64,000 bases of DNA, from the NCBI GenBank assembly GCA_052168235.1, contig JBQLZK010000029.1:1-64000 (forward strand), given 5' to 3'. The notes beneath the pieces are model-generated. The model was given only the letters and a program-made list of their open reading frames with translations, ran no database searches and was not told the DNA's origin. A program made the position numbers and the translations under genes. Positions 46,414-55,549 of the stretch are shown here, one piece after another; positions within the stretch are counted from its first letter, which is position 1, and the number at the start of each line of letters is the position of its first letter. This stretch comes from Thainema sp. Its GTDB lineage: Bacteria > Cyanobacteriota > Cyanobacteriia > Phormidesmidales > Phormidesmidaceae.

Positions 46414-46614
46414 TTAGGCAGTGGCAAAGACCAGAGCAGAGAGAATATCAGCTTCTTCTAGATCGTCATAGTCTTCTAAAATTTCGTCATGGGTCATCCC
46501 CGAACTGAGCAGCTCCAGCAAAAACTCGACGGGATATCGCAGCCCTCTGATACAGGGTTTGCCATGACAGATATCGGGATTAATTGTGATGCGTTCGAGT
46601 AGAGTATCTTCCAT
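46414..46614 (-). CDS. DUF433 family putative antitoxin
   Basis: RITINPDICHGKPCIRGLRYPVEFLLELL..EILEDY..LEEADI. Confidence 0.9.
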   Translation of the reverse strand: MEDTLLERITINPDICHGKPCIRGLRYPVEFLLELLSSGMTHDEILEDYDDLEEADILSALVFATA

Positions 46615-46672
46615 ATCTTGCTCCAGTTGATGACTATAGTCCTAGCTTATTCAATTTGCTTTTGAGCCAATA

Positions 46673-48091
46673 TTATTGCGCGATCGCAGGTCGAGCATGT
46701 TTCCACAATTGAGCATTTTCAATCTGTTGAGCTAGGGAAATGAGGGTTAGCTCATCAGCGGGGCGACCGACGAGTTGGACGCCGAGCGGTAAACCTGCGG
46801 GAGTAAAGCCAGTGGGAACTGCGATCGCAGGTTGGCCCGTGGCGTTAAATGGGGCGCAGGGAGCCACCCAGTTGATCATTTTGTCCAGCAGCTTGGTTGG
46901 GCGCTGGTTTTTCCACTCGCCGATTTGGATGGTGGAATGCAGGTAAGTCGGGGTGAGCAGCACGTCGTATTCTTCAAAGAACGACACCACGCGACGGCTG
47001 ATAGTCTGCATCTCTGATACGGCCTTAAGATATTGACCACTGGAGGTGCGACGCGCTTTCCACAGCAGCCAGCGATTGAACCGATCCAGCAAAAAGAAAG
47101 GCACTCCGGCCTGGTCAATAATGGCGCGGAAAACGGTGATAAATGGATCAATCAGCCCATCGAACACCGGGCAACCCAGTTCAACATGGTGGCCCATGCT
47201 TTCCAGTAGCTTAGCCACATCGGTAACAGCTTGCTGACAGACCGGATCGGCTTGGCCAATGGGCGGAATCTCGTATGTCACAGCAATCCGCAGCGGCTTC
47301 GGTTCGGTTTGCGTCGCGGCTAAAAAGGAAATCGGCGGTTTGGGCAACCAGTAGGGATCGCCTGTGACATAGCCCGACAGAGTATCCAGCATGGCCGCCG
47401 CATCCGCCACCGTGCGGGCAATTGGGCCATTGATGGCCAGTCCGCTCAGCCGATCGCCCACGGGGGCATGGGAAATCCGTCCCCGCGAAGGCTTTAGCCC
47501 AACTAACCCACAGCAAAAAGCAGGCCCACGAATCGAGCCGCCACCGTCTGAACCCTGAGAAATAGCGCAGAGTCCTGCGGCCAGTGCTGCTGCTGCTCCG
47601 CCACTGGAACCACCGGGGGTGTAGTTCAAATTCCAAGGATTGCGGGCTGGCGGAAATCCACTCGGTTCCGTGTAGGGATAGGAACCCATTTGAGAAGTGG
47701 CGGTTTTACCCAGAATGACGAAGCCCGCAGCGCGAATCATTTCCACGATGCCATCGTCAATCTCAGCCACGCGATTTTTCAGTATCCGCAAGCCGTAGGT
47801 GCAGGGAACACCTTTAACGGGGTTCAAATCTTTGACTGAAACGGGGACGCCAAAAAAGGTGGGGAGTTCGTTGATTTCGTCGGCTGAGAGCGTAGCCAAC
47901 TGATCGGTTTTGGCCTGGGCATCTGCGATCGCAGCGTCGGTCATAACCGTAAAGTAGCTGCCCAATTGCGGATCAAGCTGCTCAATTCGCTCTAAATAAA
48001 GCTGAGTCAGCTCCAGCGGCGAGATTTCTTTGCGGCGCACCAGTTGCGCTTGTTCAAGTGCCGGGGTAAAGGCCAGATCAACAGAATTCAT
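46673..48091 (-). CDS. Amidase-signature family amidase
   Basis: GVPVSVKDL, PGGSSGGAAAA, GSDGGGSIRGPA (Ser-cisSer-Lys triad). Confidence 0.93.
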   Translation of the reverse strand: MNSVDLAFTPALEQAQLVRRKEISPLELTQLYLERIEQLDPQLGSYFTVMTDAAIADAQAKTDQLATLSADEINELPTFFGVPVSVKDLNPVKGVPCTYGLRILKNRVAEIDDGIVEMIRAAGFVILGKTATSQMGSYPYTEPSGFPPARNPWNLNYTPGGSSGGAAAALAAGLCAISQGSDGGGSIRGPAFCCGLVGLKPSRGRISHAPVGDRLSGLAINGPIARTVADAAAMLDTLSGYVTGDPYWLPKPPISFLAATQTEPKPLRIAVTYEIPPIGQADPVCQQAVTDVAKLLESMGHHVELGCPVFDGLIDPFITVFRAIIDQAGVPFFLLDRFNRWLLWKARRTSSGQYLKAVSEMQTISRRVVSFFEEYDVLLTPTYLHSTIQIGEWKNQRPTKLLDKMINWVAPCAPFNATGQPAIAVPTGFTPAGLPLGVQLVGRPADELTLISLAQQIENAQLWKHARPAIAQ

Positions 48092-48175
48092 GACTGTTTA
48101 ATGGGAATAGAAACGCCGAAAGCGCTACCAATGCAGCGCTTCCAGCATAGCGTGATTGTAAATTTTAGGAATTAC

Positions 48176-48203
48176 GTAGGGGCGAATGGCCATTCGCCCC
48201 TAC
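48176..48203. repeat. GTAG REP-like perfect palindrome
   Basis: GTAGGGGCGAATGGCCATTCGCCCCTAC, 28 bp; shares the GTAGGGGCG arm with family B. Confidence 0.85.
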
Positions 48204-48209
48204 CCAGAC

Positions 48210-48959
48210 TTAAACACGCACAGACGAACGGCTAACGGTGCTGAGGGATTCCCGTAGGCTGCGAACAACCGCGATCATCGCTAGTTCATTGTCCAGCTTG
48301 TTGACAGCGGAACCGACGCCAACACCAGCGGCTCCGGCTGCGATCGCCATTGGGACAGTCACTTCCGATAGACCCGACGCACAGAGTACGGGTACGTCTA
48401 CGGCGTGGGAAATAGCGAACGCTGCGGCGAGAGTCGGCGTTGCTTTTTCAAGCAAGCCCTGGATGCCGGGATGAGTGGGCTGGCTGCTGGTGCCGCCTTC
48501 GGTTTGGATCACATCTGCGCCTGCATGAACCAGTTCTTCGGCCAAGCGAACCTGCTCATCCAGCGGCAGCGTGTGAGGTACGGTCACGGACAGCATCACC
48601 TCTGGCAGCAGTTCACGGGTTTCGTGGGTCAAGTTGATGATGTCTACGGCATCAAAGGTTAAACCCTGAGCATAAAACGGGTCGAAGTTACCAATTTCAA
48701 TCAGGTCAGCGCCAGCTGCGATCGCATCTACAAATTTTTCTGGCTCGATTGCCGAAACGCAAATCGGTAGCTGAGTGTGCTGACGCGCCAGACGCACCAA
48801 TTCAGCATCGGCAGCAATATCCACAAAGGTGGCTCCACCTTGCTCTGCGGCCCGCACCACCTGGATAACGCGCTCTGCATCGAAATTGGTGATGCCGCTG
48901 ATGATCTTGAGCGCTTGTCCCTGTGCTAATGCTGACCTTAAGTTCGCAGTCATAGTCAT
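48210..48959 (-). CDS. ycf23: DUF561/Ycf23 family protein
   Basis: LKIISG..GGATFVDIAAD..LPICVS..IEIGNFD..LSVTVPH..IQTEGG..GVGVGSAVN. Confidence 0.88.
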   Translation of the reverse strand: MTMTANLRSALAQGQALKIISGITNFDAERVIQVVRAAEQGGATFVDIAADAELVRLARQHTQLPICVSAIEPEKFVDAIAAGADLIEIGNFDPFYAQGLTFDAVDIINLTHETRELLPEVMLSVTVPHTLPLDEQVRLAEELVHAGADVIQTEGGTSSQPTHPGIQGLLEKATPTLAAAFAISHAVDVPVLCASGLSEVTVPMAIAAGAAGVGVGSAVNKLDNELAMIAVVRSLRESLSTVSRSSVRV

Positions 48960-49193
48960 AGTCTCTAGTTTTGGCTGATGATGTAACCCCTATTTTGACA
49001 TTCCCTGGCCCCGCATGAACATCACGTGAACGTTGATACAACTCGTTAAACCGTTTAAGTTGAAGATAATGCTCAAGGAAGGCTTACCAGCCAATGGATT
49101 GCGGCATATCAAGCCTATCGATAGATCTCAGAGCTGTGTTTTCGAGGTGATAGTGAAGAGTGTTAATTGGTTCAGTTTGGGGATTGTGGGGGG

Positions 49194-49326
49194 AGTTGGT
49201 GGTTGATAGTTGGTGGTTAGTGGTAAATGGGTAAATGGGTGGATGGGTGGATGGGTTGCTCGCTCGCGCTCAAATCCCCCTTACCCCTTAAGCCCCGTTG
49301 CTCCCCTGCTCCGTTGCTCCCCGCTC
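49194..49326. repeat. Mixed 7/8-mer short tandem repeats
   Basis: AGTTGGT GGTTGAT AGTTGGT GGTTAGT; GGTAAATG x2; GGTGGATG x2; TGCTCC-type repeats. Confidence 0.65.
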
Positions 49327-49603
49327 AGAGACAGACAGGCAAATTGGGTAAATATTAAAACCCTATTTAGCAAGTATGCGTGAAATGGATGGGTAGTGTT
49401 AGCGGTAATTGGCTGAACAGTGGGGATTTGAAGGGATGGCTGAGTGCGATCGCACTCCAAGCGCCGCTAATTTCAGCGGGTTAAATTGGATGCAGGTGGC
49501 ATCTCGTCAAAAGACACGCTATCTCTAGCTATCCACAGCAATTGGCAGTAACGGACTGATGGCCGGATGTGGGCAATGTCAAAACAACTTTAAATGAAAG
49601 GAT

Positions 49604-51304
49604 ATGGTGAATACACAAGAGATTCAGAACCAAAACTATGACCTGATTATCATTGGTGGCGGCATCAATGGCGCAGGGGTGGCGCGGGATGCTGCTCTGC
49701 GGGGACTCAAGACGCTGTTGATTGAAAAAGGCGACTTTTGTGGCGGCACGACAAGCTGGTCAACTCGCTTAATTCACGGTGGACTGCGCTACCTGGAGTA
49801 TTTTGAATTTGCGCTGGTGCGGGAATCCCTGCGGGAACGGGAAATTCTGCTGCATACGGCACCGCACCTAGTGAAACCATTACTGCTTACGATTCCCATC
49901 TATGGCGATCGCTCTCGCCCCTACTGGAAAATCATGGCCGGGATGTATCTCTACGACATCTTTAGCTATGACAAAACCGTGCCCTCCCACCGAATGATGT
50001 CGCGGCAAAAGTTCCGGCAGCTTTACCGCTATGTTGATTCCGATGATCTAAACGGCGGCGCGCAGTATTACGACGGCCAGGTTGCCTACGCAGAACGCTT
50101 AGCGCTGGAAAATATCGTCTCGGCGGAAGCCGCTGGCGCGACGGTGCTGAACTACGTCGAAGCAGTTGATTTGGTTCGAGAGCGCGATCGCGTCACCGGA
50201 CTGCGCTGCAAAGACCAGTTAACCAATGAAGAATTTGTGGTCAATGGCAATGAGCGAGTTGTGGTCGTTAACACCTCTGGACCTTGGGTGGATGAAGTCC
50301 TAGCGCGGGGTGAACGGGATGGTCAGGATGCACCCATTGGTCAAACCCGCAAAATCGGTGGCACCAAAGGCAGCCACATCATTGTTGATAAGTTTCCCGG
50401 TGCGCCAGAAGACTCGGCCTTTTACGTGGAAGCCAAAACTGACGGTCGGCCTTTCTTCATCGTGCCGTTCCTGGATATGGTGCTGATTGGCACGACTGAT
50501 CTGCGCTACAGCGGCAGCCTGGACGACATCAAAGCCGACGATGATGAAGTCGATTATCTGCTGACGGAAACAAACAACATTATTCCAGCCGCTCAACTGG
50601 GTCGGGATGATGTCAAATTCACTTTCTCTGGCATTCGGCCCTTACCATATAAGGAAGAAGGCAGCGCAGGCAGCATCACCCGCGACCACATCCTGTACGA
50701 CCACACAAAAGAGGGTGCCAGCAACCTGATTTCGCTGATTGGCGGCAAAATCACCACCTACCGCCAGGTGGGTGAAGAAATGGTCGAGAAAGTGTTTAAG
50801 AAGCAGGGTCGCTCGGTGCCACCCTGTTCTACCCGCAAGCGTCCGCTACCCGGAGCGATTTTGCCCAATGATGCCCGACTTCAGCAGGCCATTCAGCAGT
50901 ATCAGACCGTAATACCAACCCGAACGATTTATCATTTATTCTCGGTCTACGGCGCACGAGCACTAGAGGTGATGGCGCTGGTGGATGACAATCCAGAACT
51001 GGCTGAACCCATCAAGCCGTCGCTACCCGATATCAAGGCGCAGATCGTTTATTCTGTAGAGTCAGAATATGCTCGCACACTGGTAGATATCACTCGTCGC
51101 CGCACCTGCTTGGCAATGAAGACGCAGTATGGGTTGGATCTATTGCCAACGCTGACTCAAGTGCTGAAACAGTACTGCAACTGGAGCGAAGCGGAAGCCA
51201 ACGAACAAGTCCGGCACTATCGCAACTATATGGAGCAAAATTGCATTCCCGACTACGCCCTGGAAAAATTTGGGGCAGAAGCATTTGCCATGTCCAACTC
51301 CTAA
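49604..51304 (+). CDS. glpD: FAD-dependent glycerol-3-phosphate dehydrogenase
   Basis: IIGGGINGAGVARDAALRG, TTSWSTRLIHGGLRYLE, KGSHI, GGKITTYR. Confidence 0.93.
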   Translation: MVNTQEIQNQNYDLIIIGGGINGAGVARDAALRGLKTLLIEKGDFCGGTTSWSTRLIHGGLRYLEYFEFALVRESLREREILLHTAPHLVKPLLLTIPIYGDRSRPYWKIMAGMYLYDIFSYDKTVPSHRMMSRQKFRQLYRYVDSDDLNGGAQYYDGQVAYAERLALENIVSAEAAGATVLNYVEAVDLVRERDRVTGLRCKDQLTNEEFVVNGNERVVVVNTSGPWVDEVLARGERDGQDAPIGQTRKIGGTKGSHIIVDKFPGAPEDSAFYVEAKTDGRPFFIVPFLDMVLIGTTDLRYSGSLDDIKADDDEVDYLLTETNNIIPAAQLGRDDVKFTFSGIRPLPYKEEGSAGSITRDHILYDHTKEGASNLISLIGGKITTYRQVGEEMVEKVFKKQGRSVPPCSTRKRPLPGAILPNDARLQQAIQQYQTVIPTRTIYHLFSVYGARALEVMALVDDNPELAEPIKPSLPDIKAQIVYSVESEYARTLVDITRRRTCLAMKTQYGLDLLPTLTQVLKQYCNWSEAEANEQVRHYRNYMEQNCIPDYALEKFGAEAFAMSNS

Positions 51305-51358
51305 CCAAGCAGGCCGTTGCAGGGTGCCGTTAGGTGATGTGAAAACGCGTCGATTTGG

Positions 51359-51472
51359 AATACTGAATCCGGCTAGAAAGAACCCGAATTCCTGTTATGA
51401 AGGTCAAGCGCAGCCTGACTTTTACAACAGGAATTCGGGATTTATGAGCAAATTTCGTATCAGGATTTAATG
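51359..51472. repeat. ~115-bp imperfect palindromic element
   Basis: Core CCCGAATTCCTGT..ACAGGAATTCGGG (51383-51439) with weaker outer arms ATACTGAATCC / GGATTTAATG. Confidence 0.55.
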
Positions 51473-51542
51473 CCTTTAAGATGGTGCGTTTCATATTGCT
51501 CAACCCATCCGATAATTCTAAACCTCGTGATTCAAAGTACTG

Positions 51543-51578
51543 TAAGTAGGTTGGCATAAATAAGCGCATCTAAAAACC
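51543..51578. repeat. Half copy of family A repeat directly upstream of the MFS start
   Basis: TAAGTAGGTTGGCATAAATAAGCGCATCTAAAAACC, ending 7 bp before ATG 51586. Confidence 0.8.
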
Positions 51579-51585
51579 AAGTTTT

Positions 51586-52905
51586 ATGGAGCAACCCGCC
51601 CCATCCACTAAGCCCACTCATCCATTATTCAATTGGCTACCCAACCTGAAGCGAGACGTTTGGATCTTGTCGGCAGGTCAGCTCCTGCTGTTTATTGGGC
51701 AAGGTTTTACCCTGGTTTATGCTTCGATTTACTTTGTCAACCAGCTCGGATTTTCGCCCACTCAGGTTGGTTTTGCCCTGGGGAGCGGCAGCATTTCGGG
51801 CACTATTGGGCGGTTTTGGGCCGGAAATGCCGTCGATTCTCAGCGATTGGGCCGACGCGGAACGCTAGTGCTGGCCGCTGCGATCGCAGCTTGTGGATGC
51901 GCCATTCTCGCCTTTGCCACCACCTTTTCACTCCTGCTTGCTGGCAATCTGCTGCTGGGTTTGGGCATCAGTCTTTACTGGCCCGCCACGCTGGCGGCGA
52001 TTACCGATTTGACCACGTCAGAGGATCGGGCGGAAGCCTTTGCGCTGACGCGACTGGCCGATAACCTGGGCTTGGGCATTGGCGCACTGCTGGCGGGACA
52101 GTATATCGCCATGTCCGGCAGTTACCGGGCGCTGTTTTTAAGCAAGGGATTAGCCTATCTGATTTTTGGCGGCGTGATTTATGTTGCGATCGCAGAAACT
52201 CGACCCTCCCAACCCGCTCAGACCAAAAGCAATTTGCAAAACTGGCGACAAGCGCTGACGGATCGGCATTTGCTCACTTATTTAGCGGGCAACTTGTTCT
52301 TCACCACCTACGCCGCCCAGATGACCAGCACGCTGCCGATTTACTTGGCGAACTTTATCCCAGCGGGCAATACCGAAACGGGCTTTTCAGAACAGTGGAT
52401 CAGCTACTTCTTTGTGTGGCATGTGCTGCTGAAGATTGTGCTGCAACTGCCAATGACCCGCTGGCTGAAGTCAGTCTTTCACGTCAGCATTCTGCTGGTG
52501 TCGCTGGTGCTGTGGTGCGTGGCCTTTTTGCTGATTTGGCTGACGGGCCTCATTTCCAGCTACGCGCTGATTCCGATTCTGGCAGCCTTTGCCGTGGTTG
52601 CCCTGGCCGAAATTCTCTATGCGCCCGCCGCAACTGCCTTGGTAAGCGAAATGGCTCCCGCCTCTCTACGCGGCGTTTACTTCGCACTGGAGTCCCAGTG
52701 CTGGGCAATTGGGTTCTTAATCGGTCCTTCTTTGGGCGGTTGGGCACTGGATCATCCCGATATTTTAGGCAGCAACTTGTGGTTAGGCCTAATTTCCAGT
52801 GCTGCGATCGCAGGTTTTATCCTGATTATTCTCCGCCAGCAGATACTGGCATCATCCCCCGTAGACTCATCGCTGAGTGAAGAGTCCATAAAGCCTCTGG
52901 AATAG
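51586..52905 (+). CDS. MFS transporter
   Basis: About 12 hydrophobic segments, motif A-like GNAVDSQRLGRR, APASLRGVY. Confidence 0.92.
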   Translation: MEQPAPSTKPTHPLFNWLPNLKRDVWILSAGQLLLFIGQGFTLVYASIYFVNQLGFSPTQVGFALGSGSISGTIGRFWAGNAVDSQRLGRRGTLVLAAAIAACGCAILAFATTFSLLLAGNLLLGLGISLYWPATLAAITDLTTSEDRAEAFALTRLADNLGLGIGALLAGQYIAMSGSYRALFLSKGLAYLIFGGVIYVAIAETRPSQPAQTKSNLQNWRQALTDRHLLTYLAGNLFFTTYAAQMTSTLPIYLANFIPAGNTETGFSEQWISYFFVWHVLLKIVLQLPMTRWLKSVFHVSILLVSLVLWCVAFLLIWLTGLISSYALIPILAAFAVVALAEILYAPAATALVSEMAPASLRGVYFALESQCWAIGFLIGPSLGGWALDHPDILGSNLWLGLISSAAIAGFILIILRQQILASSPVDSSLSEESIKPLE

Positions 52906-52977
52906 GCCATTATCGTCTGTATTTCTCTATTGCGGGCTGAAACCCTTTTTTTATCAAGGGTAGCCCTTAAAAGGTAA

Positions 52978-53018
52978 TGATTTTGGGGTGGGTGGTGCCC
53001 ACCCATCCCAAAATCATC
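52978..53018. repeat. Palindromic hairpin
   Basis: TGATTTTGGGGTGGGTGG-TGC-CCACCCATCCCAAAATCA. Confidence 0.6.
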
Positions 53019-53133
53019 ACCCGAATACCACTACCTTACCGAGAAATTGGTAGAGACAGGTTTCGCGGATCAACCTGCCCCCAGCACCGCGTATCTCTCG
53101 CCGGGAAAACTCTGAGCGCAATTGAAATACAGA

Positions 53134-53538
53134 ATGAAACGAACCCAAACTTCGGCCAAAACTCCAATCGTGAACTGGCGCTTAGCAGGCATATCGCTGG
53201 TTTATCTGCTGATTTTTCTCAGCATCATGGCAATGGCCTACACTAATAATTTGCCGGGATACCTGAGCGCAATTCCGCACTACGACAAACCGGGACATCT
53301 GATTCTCTATGCGCTGCCCACCTATCTGGGACATCGCATCCTCAACTATCGCACGCTCAAGCTACAGTCATTGCGGTTACCGTTGTTCCCCCTGCTCTTT
53401 ACCCTATTCACGGTCACCGAAGAATTGATTCAGCATCTGTCGCCCCACCGAACTCTGGATGCCATTGACCTCATCGCCAGCGCTATCGGCATTGTGTTGG
53501 GCTGGTGGATTGCCGAACGGCAGATTTCGCAGGAGTAA
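53134..53538 (+). CDS. VanZ-like membrane protein
   Basis: YDKPGHLILY, EELIQHLSPHRTLDAIDLIA. Confidence 0.8.
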   Translation: MKRTQTSAKTPIVNWRLAGISLVYLLIFLSIMAMAYTNNLPGYLSAIPHYDKPGHLILYALPTYLGHRILNYRTLKLQSLRLPLFPLLFTLFTVTEELIQHLSPHRTLDAIDLIASAIGIVLGWWIAERQISQE

Positions 53539-53786
53539 CAAAACATGTTCTGTTTCTAAGAACTATTGCTTTTCGTTTCAGGCCAGAAATCAGGAGGATA
53601 ATAGTCTTAATTCAAGAGTGATCCGTTCCGATTTCGTCAACTAGCTTTAGATTAAGTATCGCTAACTTCAGGACTGATTTTAGGTACGAGTTGGGATGTG
53701 GCGGCAATCCATATTTCACTCATACCCAGCTTGGCCAACGTCTCAAATTCATTATTCAGCGCCACCGCGTAGCGCCATTACCTAGC

Positions 53787-54563
53787 ATGTCCTGTTCTGA
53801 CTCTTCCATTGACGATCTTGTCCAGCCGAAACGGGATTATCCATCCAACTTGATTTTGGCAGCCTTGCCCACAAACGAATTTGAGCGAGTTGCCCCACAC
53901 CTTGAACCCGTAGCGCTATCACGGGGTCAGGTTTTATTTCAGCCAGGAGAAGACATCAGTCGTGTGTACTTTCCGGCCAAAGCAATGGTTTCGCTGGTTT
54001 CCCTTATGGAAAACGGAGACGTACGCGAAATCAGCATTGTTGGCCGAGAGGGCATGATCGGTTTGCCCGTCGTCTGGGGCGGCGAACGTTCAGACTATCA
54101 AGCCGTTGTCCAAGTCCCCGGCAGTGGCCATCGACTTGATGCCCAGTTCCTAAAATATGAGTTTTGCAGAGGTGAAACTCTCCATGATTTACTGCTGCTG
54201 TACACCCAAGCTCTCTTTACCCATGTTTCGCAAAATGCCGTCTGCAATTCTCAACACCGGATCGAATCGCGCTTATCTCGCTGGTTGCTCTTCGTGCAGG
54301 ATTCCGTTGATTCGGATCAACTGCACTTAACGCAGGAATTTTTGGCCGAAATGCTAGGGACAAGCCGCCCAAGCGTGACTGTTGCCGCCAATGCACTCCA
54401 GAAAGACGGCATTATCAAGTACAGCCGAGGCAAAATTGTCATCTCGTCCCGTGAGAAGCTCGAAGACCGCGCCTGCGAATGCTATCACCGCGTGCGTCAA
54501 GAGTTTTCCCGCCTCTTAGAGTGCAATGTGGACAAAACCAATGAATGCGGTTCCACATCCTAG
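53787..54563 (+). CDS. Crp/Fnr family transcriptional regulator
   Basis: NLILAALP, VYFP, VGREGMIG, HRIESRLSRWLL, LTQEFLAEMLGTSRPSVT HTH, ACECY. Confidence 0.93.
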   Translation: MSCSDSSIDDLVQPKRDYPSNLILAALPTNEFERVAPHLEPVALSRGQVLFQPGEDISRVYFPAKAMVSLVSLMENGDVREISIVGREGMIGLPVVWGGERSDYQAVVQVPGSGHRLDAQFLKYEFCRGETLHDLLLLYTQALFTHVSQNAVCNSQHRIESRLSRWLLFVQDSVDSDQLHLTQEFLAEMLGTSRPSVTVAANALQKDGIIKYSRGKIVISSREKLEDRACECYHRVRQEFSRLLECNVDKTNECGSTS

Positions 54564-55180
54564 CAGTAGGATGAGCAGTGCCGGCTATGGTCTCACTGTC
54601 TAGGCTTTGAGGTGGTGGGCAATGCCCAACCCTACGCATATTTTCAACGAGCGAGCACACACTGTCGAACACAAGCAATCGCCAATGCCCTTGATTGGGG
54701 CTAGTGTCAGCCATTTCTCAGAAAAAGTAGGGAGAGTGAGGAATAATAATCCAGGTTGGGGCTTGCGGTTACGATGCGGCGGCAAAATGATCTCTTTGGT
54801 TTCTTGATTGGCAAGCTGAACAATACGCAATTTTCCAAATTTCTGGAACATTCTGCAAAAATTGTTCGTCGTTCCAACGAAATGCGCCTGTTTTCAGCCA
54901 AAGGGCGTAGCTATAGTCTGAACTTTTAATAGATGTTGCACTGAATAGGATAAAACGAACCAAATTTTGGCCAACTTTTGTAAAAAAATGTTGCGTCCGT
55001 CTACTACCTAACGGATGACAACGCAGCCTAACCCCTAGCCTATAGACAGTTGACAGAAGTACTTCTACCGAACGACTACCACCCCAGAGTGTGGGTAGGT
55101 GGATGTCAGGCTAAGTGCTTATAAGGCTTGCAAAACCAGGGCATACCCAGAAGTCATCTCACCTCACACGGAGACAGGAC

Positions 55181-55549
55181 GTGGCACATCATCGACTCGA
55201 TTTCACAAAACTGTACGTTGCTAAAGTTGTAGAGAAGCAGTTGGCAACGATTGGGCCTAATCAACCCAGTTCGGTTGCGTCCGTTCAGCGTGAAGATATT
55301 ATCAACCGGGTTTTAGATCAGCTGCCTCATGAACACCGTGTTTTTCGAACGATTAATACACTACCGAAAGAAGTTTTTATTGATCTACCAGTCGATTGCC
55401 AGCTTTATATCAGCCAGCTCGTCCAGCTGACACTGCAAGAGCAAATTGGTTCGACCACAAGAGAGGCGCTGACATCTCTGCACAACGCCTCCTCTAGATC
55501 TCACAACGCTGTAGACAAGCCAACTACCGAGCAAAAGATAGCGAGCTAA
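55181..55549 (+). CDS. Hypothetical protein, possibly ComFB-like
   Basis: GTG start with GGAG upstream; KVVEKQL..REDIINRVLDQLP pattern resembles the ComFB core; weak. Confidence 0.5.
   Translation: MAHHRLDFTKLYVAKVVEKQLATIGPNQPSSVASVQREDIINRVLDQLPHEHRVFRTINTLPKEVFIDLPVDCQLYISQLVQLTLQEQIGSTTREALTSLHNASSRSHNAVDKPTTEQKIAS

Noticed and set aside
54600..54963. Several overlapping 64-91 aa ORFs between the Crp gene and the 55181 ORF
   Set aside because: Mutually overlapping with no recognisable family; likely spurious
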